64,000 nt of DNA from Sedimentisphaerales bacterium (GTDB lineage Bacteria > Planctomycetota > Phycisphaerae > Sedimentisphaerales > SM23-30): positions 256,001-320,000 of the forward strand of contig CAXXFK010000028.1 in NCBI GenBank assembly GCA_963663965.2. The letters run 5' to 3'. A program made the translations under genes and the position numbers. This document shows positions 48,002-60,072 of this stretch, piece after piece; the stretch's first letter is position 1, and every line of letters starts with the position of its first letter. The notes under the pieces were generated by a model. The model saw only the letters and a program-made list of their open reading frames with translations, ran no database searches and was not told where the DNA came from.

Positions 48002-50347
48002 TCAGGGTAATGAAATGGTCATCGGCCAGCCTTCGAATTGTTCATCCGCTTTTGACTGGGTGGGATCACTGCCATATCGCCAGGCTTCCATCGTTATTGT
48101 CCGTTTGTTTTTGTCACATCGTAATATACCCCATCCGGAAGTCTTCTGAATACCCAACTCTTCCAGAGACTGGGTTTTTTCAGGCTTGGGGGGATTGCCG
48201 ACAGCCAATACGGTCATTAGATTTCCGAATCCATCATGATAGCGTCCGGTATTGGGACGGTTATCGATCCGATCACCTTCCCGTTGATGGGGTGTTTCTT
48301 CTGGTCGCCACCAGCGCGGATAACCAGTACAACCTGCAGGTATGCAAAAACTGTATACGGAGTCTTCCCAATTCTTAATACCCTGTTGAATGATGGTAGT
48401 AATGTGTTGGTCTCCGGCAAAAACAAAGGCTTTCCCTTTCAGTGCTGCCAGAAATCGGTTCCGGCCATCCTGGGGCCAGCCATTTGAATCCATATCGGCA
48501 AAAAGATAACCATTATAACCTCCGTGGTGAGTGGCGGCATTGCAGGGGATGGTCTGGCTGACAACGATTTTCATTGCTTCCGGCTCTCGATGGTTAATCC
48601 AGTCCTGGATAAACTCAAGCTGGCGGGGACCATACAACCAGGCTTTAGGATCATTACATCCCTGGGCATCAACGGGATTGTCGATATGGTCGGGCCGGGG
48701 ACCGTTATGTTTAAAGTCGATCGTCATAGGGCCTGCTTTAAATTTACGGTCTTCCAGAATCGCAAAACTAATGCCTCCGTAGAATAAATCGGTATAATAA
48801 ACTGATATTCCCTGTTCAACCGGAGTAGAATCATAAGGATCGGGCAGATGAGCCGTCTGGCTGCGCTGAATAGCGTTTAACCAGCGGGCGGGTTGGACGT
48901 AACCACCGAGATTGCCCACGGTTTGGGAGTTGCCGTAGCCACTACGGCTATTCCACTCTGTTAAGGAAATTCTACGGCCATTCTGGCCCCAGACATTACC
49001 CTGATAGACATCATGGTCATCAGGCATGACTATCGATGGGCAAGTTGCTGTTTGATCTCGGCAGGCCCACATCAACAGGCTGACTTTACGAAGATAATTG
49101 GTGAACATAAGATCCATGTCCCCTTCACGCATGATACCGAAACCACCACTGTCTTCATAAAACTGATCACCCAGAAAAACTAACAGATCAGGATTTTGCT
49201 TGCGCAGGTTATTAAAAATACCTGGATATGGAAACATATAATCGGTAAAGCAAACTAATCCGGCTATAATCAGAGGATTTTTATCAACGGGATTTTTTCG
49301 AATGACCCCGGCATAGTAGTAGTCAGTTTTCCGGCCAACCCGGTCGATTTGCTGCCAGTGCAGGCGATATACCTGATCGCGCGAGTCATTCCAATCGGTA
49401 ATGCGGAACAATGCTGTGTATGAATCACAATCAATGAACTGGCGGTCAATTTCATCCCAGGTGGTGCCTTTTTTAATTTGCAGGCCAACCGTCTGGCTGT
49501 CATCGGGACCAATGGGCGGCATCTGGGCCGTCATCTTCATAATATTGCGGTTAACGGTATAATTGCTCCATAAAATCGGTCCAAATACATGATCTGGAGA
49601 TTTTGATAAACGCGACCCCGATATTTGCCATTGATCGAAAAATAGTAAGCCATCACGATTTACGGATTGGCGTGGAAATTCACAAAATAATCCGATATTG
49701 CCTGCCAGATTGGCGGCCGGGATCGGTTTACTGACGACTTCAGATTGGTGGGTACCATAAGTGACAGTCAATTTGAGAGTTGTCATCTGTGTATTGGTCT
49801 GATTGATGAATTCGCATTTTAACTGAATGGGAAGGCCGGATTGAACAGCCTTTAAAATCTCAGGATTGATGGCGGATTCCTTGTCGTCGATATAGGCGGT
49901 TCCATCAGTCTTTAAGCCTGCGAAAATACCTTTATTGGAAATCAATCGACTCTGATAACCATCCAGTGGATCATCGATTTGAATGGCCAGTTTAAATCCA
50001 GCCGATCCTTTGACCGGGACTATTTCAGGAGTAAACCTGAGAATAATTGAAGTTTCCAGTGTACCGGCCTGGTCGGATACCTGACAGAGCAGATTTTGGA
50101 TATTCAAACCGGGTGACGGTTCCATACAGGCCAGTTTGCCATCAATAATGGACCAGCGTTCCCAGGGATTGGCCCAGCAATCCGATCCAATCCAGATGCG
50201 ATCAGGCATTGAATTCCAGGATGAGTGAAATTCTTTCGCCTGGCATGGATGAAATAGGCCATAAATCGACTGAATCATCATCGTAGTAAGCATCACATTG
50301 AATAATTTGTTGAAAAGGTTCATGGTAACTCCAGCTATGAATTTCAT
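48002..50347 (-). CDS. PhoD-like alkaline phosphatase family protein
   Basis: PDLLVFLGDQFYE, PDDHDVYQGN, EDRKFK, DMDSNGWP and AGDQH. Confidence 0.85.
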   Translation of the reverse strand: MKFIAGVTMNLFNKLFNVMLTTMMIQSIYGLFHPCQAKEFHSSWNSMPDRIWIGSDCWANPWERWSIIDGKLACMEPSPGLNIQNLLCQVSDQAGTLETSIILRFTPEIVPVKGSAGFKLAIQIDDPLDGYQSRLISNKGIFAGLKTDGTAYIDDKESAINPEILKAVQSGLPIQLKCEFINQTNTQMTTLKLTVTYGTHQSEVVSKPIPAANLAGNIGLFCEFPRQSVNRDGLLFFDQWQISGSRLSKSPDHVFGPILWSNYTVNRNIMKMTAQMPPIGPDDSQTVGLQIKKGTTWDEIDRQFIDCDSYTALFRITDWNDSRDQVYRLHWQQIDRVGRKTDYYYAGVIRKNPVDKNPLIIAGLVCFTDYMFPYPGIFNNLRKQNPDLLVFLGDQFYEDSGGFGIMREGDMDLMFTNYLRKVSLLMWACRDQTATCPSIVMPDDHDVYQGNVWGQNGRRISLTEWNSRSGYGNSQTVGNLGGYVQPARWLNAIQRSQTAHLPDPYDSTPVEQGISVYYTDLFYGGISFAILEDRKFKAGPMTIDFKHNGPRPDHIDNPVDAQGCNDPKAWLYGPRQLEFIQDWINHREPEAMKIVVSQTIPCNAATHHGGYNGYLFADMDSNGWPQDGRNRFLAALKGKAFVFAGDQHITTIIQQGIKNWEDSVYSFCIPAGCTGYPRWWRPEETPHQREGDRIDNRPNTGRYHDGFGNLMTVLAVGNPPKPEKTQSLEELGIQKTSGWGILRCDKNKRTITMEAWRYGSDPTQSKADEQFEGWPMTISLP

Positions 50348-50867
50348 TAAAATAAGTTAAAATTCAACCAAATCAGTATACTATGGTATTTGAACTCATT
50401 GTCCATATTTTTTATTGCGCCAAAATTTAAAAAAATAGATTTTACGTCGTTTTGGAAATTTTCTGTGGAAAACGATAAATTGGGGTGAGTAATAATTAAA
50501 TAGACAAACGATCGAACCCGGCAGGAGCAGGGAAGTATCTTTGCGGTCGCCGGCCGAGAAGTTATTGGTTTCATTCTATCGGATGAGCTTTCCTTCGGAA
50601 GGTCTGTCTTGGATTCGAAACGCGTTCACTTGAAAAGCCTTTTTGTTGATCTCTTTATATTTTACATGATTATGAAGAGGTGAAGGGTATTTTTGAGTCG
50701 GGAAGAAAAGATGTTTGTTAATTTAAACACCCAGGGAAATGACTTTATCTGCGAGGGATCAGCCCGGCTTGCCGCAATCAGTAAAAATGTTGACGGTGAA
50801 GTTGCTTGTTCCCTTCCGGCAATTTTGCCCAGATACCAGTGAAGGGAGTTTCAAGGAGTGCGTAAGT

Positions 50868-51623
50868 ATGAAAAAGTTACTTTTGTTTGTAATGGTGCTG
50901 GCTATCTGTATGCCAGCGATGTGTGGAGTTTCTCGAGTGCAACTCGGTTGGCAGGAAAGCCCCTACGGGCCATTCCAGACCGGTTCTGGGGGTGAATTCT
51001 CTTTCCGGGTTCTCAGCGGCTGGGATCCATTATATCTTTACGATTCCAAGGCTACTGTTTTAGATCCTTCAAACAACGTCTATTTTCAGACTTTTTGTCT
51101 GGAAACGGACGAAAAGGTAAGTGGTAATACCCAATATGACGCAACAATATCATGGTATGCTGAACTGGGTGGAAAAGAAACTGACAGTGGCGATCCGTTA
51201 TCAAAAGGCGTTGCGTATCTCTACCATGAATTCCAGAAAGGCACTTTGACAGGATACATTTACGACAAAACCAATTTAACGGGTCGTAAAAGTACTGCGG
51301 GTGCATTGCAAGAAGCGATTTGGAATCTTGAAGGTGAAGGAAGCTATACTGTTGCCAGTTGGATTCAGAATGATCTGCTGATGGAATTCGGCTTAAGTGG
51401 CGAAACCTGGAATACGGTAGCATTTCAGGATAGAATTCGGTCTGACAACTATGTAAACGGTGTTAGAGCCTATGATGTGGCTGTCATGAATGTCTGGGGG
51501 GTCGATGGAGTCGGCAACGTTTACCAACAGGATATGGTAGTATGTATTCCGGCGCCAGGCGCCTTGGTTCTTTCGGCTCTGGGAACTAGTTTAGTTGGTT
51601 GGATTCGCCGCCGACATGTGTAG
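50868..51623 (+). CDS. PEP-CTERM-variant (PAP) protein
   Basis: ATG after AAGGAG, signal peptide, GGEF...FQTFCLE...ALQEAIW.LE and C-terminal IPAPGALVLSALGTSLVGWIRRR. Confidence 0.85.
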   Translation: MKKLLLFVMVLAICMPAMCGVSRVQLGWQESPYGPFQTGSGGEFSFRVLSGWDPLYLYDSKATVLDPSNNVYFQTFCLETDEKVSGNTQYDATISWYAELGGKETDSGDPLSKGVAYLYHEFQKGTLTGYIYDKTNLTGRKSTAGALQEAIWNLEGEGSYTVASWIQNDLLMEFGLSGETWNTVAFQDRIRSDNYVNGVRAYDVAVMNVWGVDGVGNVYQQDMVVCIPAPGALVLSALGTSLVGWIRRRHV

Positions 51624-51727
51624 TTGTTAATTCTTGAAGAATCATGAGATAAAAGGAAACGAGAAGAAAGTGTATCATAGACCCATCTAGGGCAGGGGAG
51701 ATATTGTTGGCAGGAAATGAGAAGCAG

Positions 51728-51768
51728 GCGTACACCAGCGTTTGTGTGAGTGGTGTACGCTTTTTTTA
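51728..51768 (+). terminator. Rho-independent terminator
   Basis: GCGTACACCA/TGGTGTACGC followed by T7. Confidence 0.7.
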
Positions 51769-52278
51769 TATATTTAAAATGTTACTATTTTAAATATCAA
51801 TTTAATTCACAGGCTTATTCTGTTGATTAAAAAATTTTAATTAAAACAGGTTGGATACTATGATTTTAAGAACCATTTAGTGTATTTAAGAGCGATACAA
51901 AATATTAGTTTTTTTAACCTGTAATTCATAAATAATTATCTTTTGGCATGTTAGGTGGCGGCATATTGTTGGTTTGGTTTTTGGAAAAATCTTTACACGA
52001 AAGTCCGATTTTGTTATAGTTGTATATTGACAATTCTTGTTGAAAAATGAAGTGCATCCTGATTGATTCAGCTTTGGGATAGATGCTATTCAAAATGGTA
52101 GGTTAGAGCGGAAGGAGTCGTTCAAACCGGGAATCATGGCCTGTTGCCCTGATATCGAATTGGTATTTCAGGGATTTTAAGGCTTGGGTGAAGGAGTGTT
52201 AAAATTTTTAGTTTTCAGTATAGGTATTTTTTTTGAAGTAAAGAACTGCGATTCAAGTAAATCATTCGGAGGCAGAAA

Positions 52279-54562
52279 ATGAGAAATAATAGTGTTACAG
52301 CCATTTTATTGGTGATGGCGGGTATTGCTTGGGGAGGAGCTTTTGGGGGAGGTAGTGGGACCCAGAAAGATCCCTGGCAAATTGGGTCAGCGCTCGAACT
52401 TAATGAAATAGGTGCTGATCCCCAGTTGTGGGATCGTCATTTTATTTTAATGGCTGATCTGGATCTGTCGGAATTGGATGGCTGTGATGGACGTCCGGGG
52501 TTCAATACCATAGGCATATACGTAGATGAATATTCGCGTGATAATCATCCATTTACGGGATCATTTAACGGTAACGGTCATATCATTACAGGACTTACTA
52601 TCCATGATGCTGACAAGAATTATGTTGGCCTATTTAATGCCGTAGATGGTGACGCATATCTAAAAGATATTTGTTTGACTGAAGTGGACATTCAAAGTGA
52701 AACAGCCCAGGGAACCGGGGGCTTGGCGGGTATTTTTCTTCGTGGCTGGATTATGAATTGTACTGTAAAAGGGGGTGTCGTTACTGTCAGGCAAGGACAT
52801 GCGGGTGGATTGGTTGGTCAATTGTTAAATTTTAACAAGCTCTTTCGATGTTGTTCAGAAATCACAGTCATATCCGAGCAGGGCTATGCCGGCGGACTGG
52901 TCGGACTGGTTAATCGGGGCAGTTTGCAGGAATGCTACGCCAGGGGGAGGGTGCTTGGCAATTCCGTTGCAGGAGGATTGGCGGGCCAGGGACGTTGGTT
53001 GTTTGTCAAGGATAGCTATAGCCAGTGTGATATAAGCGGGATTATTTGTGGTGGATTGGTTGGCCAGACGATTGAAGTGGGTAATGTATTGGAAAATACC
53101 TATGCTGCCGGATTATTGTCGGGTGAGAATGTTGGTGGTTTGATTGGATCATGCGAATACACGATGGTATGCGATAGTTATTGGGATCAGGATATTTGCG
53201 GTACAATCCTGAGCGATGGTGGGGGGGTGCCGAAATCCCAGTCAGCGATGCGAAATGTGAACACTTTTTATGGATGGGGTTGCGATGCCAAATGGCGTCT
53301 GAACAATGGGGCCGAATATCCTGCTCTGGCCTGGCAAAACGCAATGGGCAGTATTATTCGTAAACCCGAGCAGCCCTATGGAGGGGGAAGTGGAGAAAGC
53401 TACGATCCTTATTTGATTTGCACCCCGGCGCAACTGAATGCGATTGGTTTGTACGAAACAGACTGGAACAAATGTTTCAAACTGATGGCGGATCTTGATC
53501 TGGCCGGAATGGAATTTAATGTGATTGGTCATTTGAACCGGGCATATAACGGTTGTTTCGATGGAAATGGCTATACCATTTATAATCTGACCATCAAGGC
53601 GGCCAGGCGTTCTTGCTGTGGGCTTCTGGGAAATGTTACGAATAATTTGATGATCAGCAATTTAACTTTGGATCATCCCAGGATAGAAAATGGAGACAAA
53701 CAGGTTGGGGCTTTGATTGGTAAACTAAGCGCTGGTGGTCCAACGATACGTAATTGTCATGCGATACACGCTTTTGTGGCCGGTCAGGATTATTGTGGAG
53801 GATTAATAGGGAATGTTATTGACGGCGTAGCGGTGACACTTGAGCGTTGTAGTGTGACAGGGAGAATTCAGGGAAATAATTTTGTGTGGTGGCGTTACGG
53901 GTCATTTCGCAAATGGCACCATTTCTCAATGCAGTTCTTCTGGTACAGTGATCTCAACAGGCCGCTTTGCCGGTGGATTGGCGGGTCAGATTGGCTATCC
54001 TGCACAAGTTGTCGATTGTTATTCCCGAACGGCGGTTTCAGCGGTCAGTTGTGCTGGCGGCCTGATTGGCTATTGCTGGGATTTACATTATCCCGTAGAG
54101 CTGAATCGCTGTTATGCCGCCGAAGCGGTAGCTGGTGAAATTGAAATGGGAGGCCTTGTCGGTAAGATGCATCGTCCCGCCACTGTTCATGATTGTTATT
54201 GGGATATTGATTCGACCGGGCAGGAAACCAGTGCGGCCGGAACGGGTGTTGAAAATCAGTTAATGCATCAAAGTCAGAATTATCAAGGTTGGGATTTTTC
54301 CAGTTCTGAAGCGAATATCTGGACCATCTATGAAGGGAAGGGTTTGCCCAGATTCCGTTGGCAGGTAATTAAAGGTGACCTGGTCTGGCCGGAAGGGATC
54401 GATAAGAATGACTTGGGACAGATTGTCGCATCCTGGTTATATCACCAGGGGCTTTATGAACAAAACAAGTCAGCTAGTGATTATTCCAATCCGGATCTGG
54501 ATGATTCTCAAGTGATTGATTTAAATGACTTTAAATGTCTAAGTGAGGTTTGGGGCCGATAA
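52279..54562 (+). CDS. GLUG-motif secreted protein with dockerin-like C-terminus, frameshift near 53885
   Basis: Two GGSG..DP.I modules, F(T/N)G.F(N/D)GNG..I and many GGLVG repeats that continue across the frame break. Confidence 0.8.
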
Positions 54563-54791
54563 AACGGGCCGAATTAAAAAAAGTAAGTTTTGATCGCCTA
54601 TAGTAGTCAGGCGCATATCATTCCTGTTTTGACTGTTATGCAACGATTTGTGCGATTTTGCAACGGTCTCCATGTGTCATATGCAACGTGGTGAATCGGG
54701 TTTGATGCTATTCACTTTTTTAATTTGACTGCTATGATTCTATATAGGATAGTGTTAGTGGAATTTTGAAAACGAATGAGATTATATCCTG

Positions 54792-56259
54792 ATGCGTCAA
54801 ACTCGTGTTGTCACACTGATTGTTCTGATCCTTACCGTCTGCTGTTGGGCGGATCGGGTTTATTTACGCAATGGACGCATGTTGGAAGGGGAGGTTTCTG
54901 TCACTGGAAACCAGGTTGTCGTAAAAATCGAAGGGGGTCAGATTGGATTACGGGAATCTGATATTGAACGAATAGAACGGGCTTTACTCCCCCAGGATGC
55001 GTTTCCTGGCAAGCTCAAGGAATCATTAGCCGATTCCAGGAAATGCCTGGAACTGGCCAGATGGGCCTGGCAGAATAACTTGGTAAAGGAATATGGGATT
55101 GCTTTAAGGGCCGCCCTGTTGGCGGATCAGAATAATGCCCAGGTAAGAAAATTGCTGCAGGAGTACCGGCTGTATTATGCCAGACTGGAGGTAAATCAGG
55201 GTGCGGCAGACCAGTTACTGGCTGATCTGGGGCCTGGTTTTAAAATTTATCGGACCGAACATTACCGGATCGGCTATAATTGTTCGGATGAGTTCGTTCA
55301 AACCGCAGGTGAAAAGTTGGAACGGTTATATGAGCAATTTATGCGTTTTTTTTTCCAGCAGGGGCTTTGAACCAGCAGTTTTAACCGATCGTCTGGAAGT
55401 TGTTCTGTTTAATACCCGGGTTGATTATCAGAATCATGTCCGGCGAATCCTTCCTGAGATGTCGAATGCGGCGGGCTTTTATTATAGTGGGACCAATCGA
55501 AGTTATTTCTATGATTCGATAGCTTCTGACAATCAAATTATCCGGGATAATATCAAGCAGTTGCAGGATGCCCGTCAGCATTTGAACAAAATGCGTGAGC
55601 AGATTCAATCCCAATCAGGCGCTGAAAACGAATATGTATTTAATGATGAAACGGGTCAGCGTAAACTGGATCAAAGCGGGGCTTTGACCTATCTGGATGA
55701 GCGTGCTCGTAAAATCGAACTGGAATATCAACGTATGCGTTCTTTTTATTATGAGCAAAATGCCGCGATAACAATTCATGAAGGCACCCATCAACTGGCC
55801 TGGCAATGTGGGATCCATAGTCGTTATTTTCGAAATCCGAAATGGCTGGTGGAGGGCCTGGCTGTTTATTTCGAGGCGCCCGAAGAAGGACAATGGCGGC
55901 AACCCGGCATGGTCCATTTGCGCAAGCTTAAGAGTTTTGTTGAAAGCGACCGTCAGGCCGGCCGAATTGGATTGGCTCAACTGATTGTTCGCGATGAATT
56001 ATTTAATCCATCGGGTAATCCGTTGGCTGAAGATGCATATGCGACAGGCTGGGCTTTGTTTTATTATCTGGCCCAGAAAAAACATGAACGGCTCTTCGAT
56101 TATATTTATGAATTGTCCATGAAAATGGAGTCGCCCGATTATAACTATTCCAATGCGGAGCGGTTGGCGGATTTTGAGCGTTATTTTGGCTCGATAGACG
56201 CCTTTGAACGTTCGTGGCGGGCTGATATGGCCCGTCTCTATCAGACTATTTCTCATTAA
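54792..56259 (+). CDS. DUF1570-like secreted protein, frameshift at T9 run 55346-55354
   Basis: ADRVYLRNGR.LEG N-terminus, HEGTHQL and PKWLVEGLAVYFE. Removing one T gives MRFFSSRGF. Confidence 0.8.
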
Positions 56260-56274
56260 TGGAATGGTTGAAAT

Positions 56275-57075
56275 CTAAGTTCCCCACTGGAGAGGATCCA
56301 GGTGATAATACGTTTTCAATTCCTCATAGAGTTCCGGGTGTTTGTTCTGTAATTGTTCGGGTTTTTCGAAGAATGTTTCTGAGGCTACCGCAAAAAATTC
56401 AGCCGGATTCGTAGCGCCATATTTGTCCAGAATAGATCGGCGGCCGGCTTGGGCCGAGTATCGTAGTCGGTCATATTCATGGCCCAGCACCCGGGCCCAG
56501 TGACGATAGCGTGTTCGGTTGGCGAGAATAGGCGCTCCATCTGCAGCGCCGTCTTCCTGATCTAATTGATGGGCAAATTCATGCAACACGACATTTTTCC
56601 CATCATTATGAATAACCGCACCATGATGTACACTATCCCAGGCCAGGACCACCGGTCCATTTTGCCAGGATTCACCCAGCCGGGCGCTATGACCGCCTGA
56701 TTCATCCGTTCCAACATAGGTATGTGGATACACCAATATCGTTTTAAGTTTGGGATAAAGGGTGGTTGGGCGGTTGAGTAATAATAAACAGGCCTGAGCC
56801 GCTATGGCGATTTTAATCTCCGGCGTTATGGCCTGGCCTCCACAGCCTTCAAATTGTTTTTCAGCCAAAAAGGCGATCACTAATCCCTGTAATTCCCTTT
56901 GCAGATAGCTTGGCAATTTGTCGTATAAGGGGATACTTTCACGCAGGATATTGAGTTGGTCCGGAGGTAGAGCTTGTTGAAGTAATTGGGCGCGGTGTTT
57001 GAAATGTCGAATCCGTTTCAGCCAGAATACCAACAGGACTCCTGAAACACACAGAACAAAAATCAGGTAAGGCAT
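56275..57075 (-). CDS. MtfA-like zinc peptidase (M90)
   Basis: FLAEKQFEGC, IAAQACL, GESW..GPVVLAW, HEFAHQLD and YGATNPAEFFAVASETFFE. Confidence 0.9.
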   Translation of the reverse strand: MPYLIFVLCVSGVLLVFWLKRIRHFKHRAQLLQQALPPDQLNILRESIPLYDKLPSYLQRELQGLVIAFLAEKQFEGCGGQAITPEIKIAIAAQACLLLLNRPTTLYPKLKTILVYPHTYVGTDESGGHSARLGESWQNGPVVLAWDSVHHGAVIHNDGKNVVLHEFAHQLDQEDGAADGAPILANRTRYRHWARVLGHEYDRLRYSAQAGRRSILDKYGATNPAEFFAVASETFFEKPEQLQNKHPELYEELKTYYHLDPLQWGT

Positions 57076-57159
57076 GATACGCTCCAGATTCGGTTTCGTT
57101 GCGAGAATGCCGGTTATTGTATTGGAAAGGGTGTGATTTGTCAGGAGAATTCCGACCCG

Positions 57160-57831
57160 TTAGAACATGTAATTGGAAAGTTCTTGTTCCTGATCCTCGG
57201 TAAAATTGATGAATTTCAGGCCATTGCCAGGTAATTTCATTTTTTCACCCCAAGGTATTTCCCAGATGATTTCTGCTTCAATCGGCTGTTTGGTCTGGAG
57301 TTCATTGAACACGGCGTATATGTTTTGGCCAACTGGATATGGATCAAATAAAAAACAGTAACAGCCGCCGCGGGATAAGTTTATGGTTGTTGATCTGGAC
57401 GGTTTATCCGATAGATCGCACTGGGTATGAATCAACAGATTTAAATGACGGTCAAAGCGGCGGTTCGAACGTAAGGTACGATGTTTGGCATTCTTGCAGA
57501 TATCTTTTACAAAGTAATCCAGGGAATCTTCACCACTTTCGTTATGGACCATTAGAATTGTACGAATGATTTGATTGTGCGAATCCCATTTTACTTGAGC
57601 GGTAGGATAGATCTCCATAAACTCCAGCAATCGTTTCTGATCTTCCTGGTCGCCGGCTTTAAGCTTTGTCAGGACATCTACAACCAGGCCATGATGTGGA
57701 CTGAGACGAAGTATTTCTTCCAGTTCTCGAATAGTTGAACAGATATCGCATTCACCACCGGCAAGGTGGATTGCTCGGCTTATTTCGTCTCGATATGATT
57801 CGTTGGCAGTAAGTATGGCAATTCTGGACAT
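57160..57831 (-). CDS. PilZ-domain protein
   Basis: RSNRR...NLSRGG in the C-terminal domain. Confidence 0.75.
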   Translation of the reverse strand: MSRIAILTANESYRDEISRAIHLAGGECDICSTIRELEEILRLSPHHGLVVDVLTKLKAGDQEDQKRLLEFMEIYPTAQVKWDSHNQIIRTILMVHNESGEDSLDYFVKDICKNAKHRTLRSNRRFDRHLNLLIHTQCDLSDKPSRSTTINLSRGGCYCFLFDPYPVGQNIYAVFNELQTKQPIEAEIIWEIPWGEKMKLPGNGLKFINFTEDQEQELSNYMF

Positions 57832-58032
57832 TTTTGTACCTGTATACGTAATAATATTAAATATATCGTGTTTAATCGAGTAAAAGTTTAGATATCAAGC
57901 GTAGTTTTGGTAAAATATATGAAGTAAGTCTTTAGTATATAGTATTTTATATAGTTCAAGCCCGAATATTAGGTTTAATAGATTTTCTGTTTGTTTTTTA
58001 ATTTGATTTAAAGATAGACGGATGGTTCTGGA

Positions 58033-58911
58033 TTGTGTAAGCTATTTAATTGTAATACGTTAAATGTTATATTTCGGATTTGTTTCGTGTTGATCGATGC
58101 CCATAATCATATTCAGGATCAAGTCTTCGATTCAGATCGAACTGCAGTACTGGCATTGGCTTTAGAGAACGGGGTCGGTGTTTTTCTATGTAATGCCACT
58201 TGTGAAGATGACTGGGATCTGGTTTTAGATTTATATGATAAATTACCTCAAAGAATTATACCGTGCCTGGGAATCCACCCCTGGTATGTTGATCGTATTA
58301 CTACCGGTTGGGTGGATAAATTAGAAAATATTCTGGAACGATCCGGGGCTTTGATTGGGGAGATCGGCTTAGATCGCTGGCGGCCGCAGCGTGATGAGCA
58401 ATTACAGGAAGAAGTTTTTATCAAGCAGATGGTTCTGGCCAATCGGTTAAACCGTCCGGTGATAATCCATTGCCTGAAGGCATGGGGATGGTTGATAAAT
58501 GTATTGGAACAGATGCAAATAAGGGAATTGCCTCCGGCCATGGTCATTCATGCCTGTAGCGCTTCGGTTGAAGTGATGCTCTGGCTGGCTGCCAAAGGGG
58601 CTTATTTTTCTTTTGCCGGTAATATACTTGAACCACGCAAAGAACGTATGCGGCAAACCTTGCTGGCTGTTCCCCGAGATCGACTTTTACTGGAAACGGA
58701 TGCTCCCGATATCGTACCGCCAGAAACAGCTCGGCCATTCGGACAAATAAGAACAGATGGAAAATATAGAAATGAACCGGCGAACCTGGCGGCAATCTAT
58801 CGAGGAGTCAGTGGTATTTTGAATATGGCTGAAAACGAATTGGAAGAGATGATCGAAAGCAACTTTAAACGGCTGATCGACGATACGGTCTTCAAATGCA
58901 TATATGAATAA
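58033..58911 (+). CDS. tatD: TatD family hydrolase
   Basis: IDAHNH, GIHPW, IGEIGLD, LLETDAP and NEPANL. The true start is probably near 58087. Confidence 0.9.
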   Translation: MCKLFNCNTLNVIFRICFVLIDAHNHIQDQVFDSDRTAVLALALENGVGVFLCNATCEDDWDLVLDLYDKLPQRIIPCLGIHPWYVDRITTGWVDKLENILERSGALIGEIGLDRWRPQRDEQLQEEVFIKQMVLANRLNRPVIIHCLKAWGWLINVLEQMQIRELPPAMVIHACSASVEVMLWLAAKGAYFSFAGNILEPRKERMRQTLLAVPRDRLLLETDAPDIVPPETARPFGQIRTDGKYRNEPANLAAIYRGVSGILNMAENELEEMIESNFKRLIDDTVFKCIYE

Positions 58912-59680
58912 CAAGCGTTTTAAACGGATTGAAAGCCTGTTTGGCCCGGAAGGCATGGAGCGATTAAATCAGGCAAAGGTTGTTCTCGTTGGTTTGGGGG
59001 CGGTCGGGGGACATGCCGCTGAGGCTTTGGCGCGATCTGGAATTGGTCATTTAAGACTGGTGGATTTTGATCTGGTTCGTCCCACCAATATGAATCGACA
59101 ACTGCTGGCCCTGGAATCGACTCTGGAACGGCCGAAAGTCGAGGTGGCGCGAGATCGTATTCTGGATATTAATCCAGATTGCCGTGTTGAAATTTTCCAG
59201 AGTTTTGTTCATGTCGAGACGATGGATTTGGTTTTACATGGCAATCCTGATGTTATTGTTGACGCGATCGATTCGGTCAAACCCAAAGTGGAACTGCTTT
59301 GTGCGGCCCGGCAACGGGGCATAACGATCTTTTCCAGTATGGGGGCGGCTCTGCGGCGTGATCCGGCTTGTGTGCGAACAGGCCCTCTTTATGAAGTCGT
59401 GAATTGCCCATTGGCGCGAACGATTCGCAAGAAAATCCGTCAGCGCAGCGTGTGTCCCGATATGAATTGCGTCTATTCAATTGAAAAACTGAATAAATTG
59501 CCGGTTACCGCTATTACGGACCCGCTCCCGGATGATTTTGATCACATACGACGCGGACGCATCAGAAAAACGCTGGGTAGTTTGCCGACCTTGACTGGAA
59601 TATTTGGTCTGACGTTGGCCAATATGACGATTATGTACCTTATCGATCGTAATTGCGATTCAAATGAATCTAATGATTAA
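58904..59680 (+). CDS. tcdA: tRNA threonylcarbamoyladenosine dehydratase (ThiF family)
   Basis: GLGAVG, EALARSGIG, TNMNRQ, DAID, SSMGAA and CPLAR. Confidence 0.85.
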   Translation: MNNKRFKRIESLFGPEGMERLNQAKVVLVGLGAVGGHAAEALARSGIGHLRLVDFDLVRPTNMNRQLLALESTLERPKVEVARDRILDINPDCRVEIFQSFVHVETMDLVLHGNPDVIVDAIDSVKPKVELLCAARQRGITIFSSMGAALRRDPACVRTGPLYEVVNCPLARTIRKKIRQRSVCPDMNCVYSIEKLNKLPVTAITDPLPDDFDHIRRGRIRKTLGSLPTLTGIFGLTLANMTIMYLIDRNCDSNESND

Positions 59681-59841
59681 GGGTACCGCTGAAAATTGCT
59701 TTAGAGGCGAAAGCAAGGATGGTTTTTCTCTGGCAAGGAACAAAGAACCGGGTATTAATTATATTCACGGTTTTTTGTGATGTAGCACAGAGGAAAATCA
59801 GACCACTTGCAGCCCTGAATGAATTTTTGAGGTTCCCGTAA
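59678..59841. mobile_element. ~164-bp palindromic MITE-like element
   Basis: Ends GGGTACCgctgAAAATT / AATTTTtgaGGTTCCC and inner arms GGTTTTTCTCTG/CAGAGGAAAATC and AAAGAACCG/CGGTTTTTT. GCAAGG...GATGTAGC internal loop. Starts at the tcdA TAA stop. Confidence 0.6.
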
Positions 59842-60018
59842 TGGGTGAATTGGAATTAATCTGCAGATTTAATTGATGACCACAGGATTGAGCCATGAGT
59901 CAACCGGTTCCCTGAAGCCTTCACTCAAGAGTTGGAGAGTCAGAAACGTGTGTTTGATTTCAAATGGAATACCGTGGCGCAATGAAAGGCGATTTGTTTT
60001 TTTTATGTGGAATGGACA

Positions 60019-60047
60019 CAAAAAAACCGGTCTCAAAAACCGGTTCT
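60019..60047 (-). terminator. Terminator after dksA
   Basis: Minus strand AACCGGT/ACCGGTT stem followed by a T run. Confidence 0.6.
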
Positions 60048-60072
60048 GAGAATCAGTTGATTAATCCATTTT

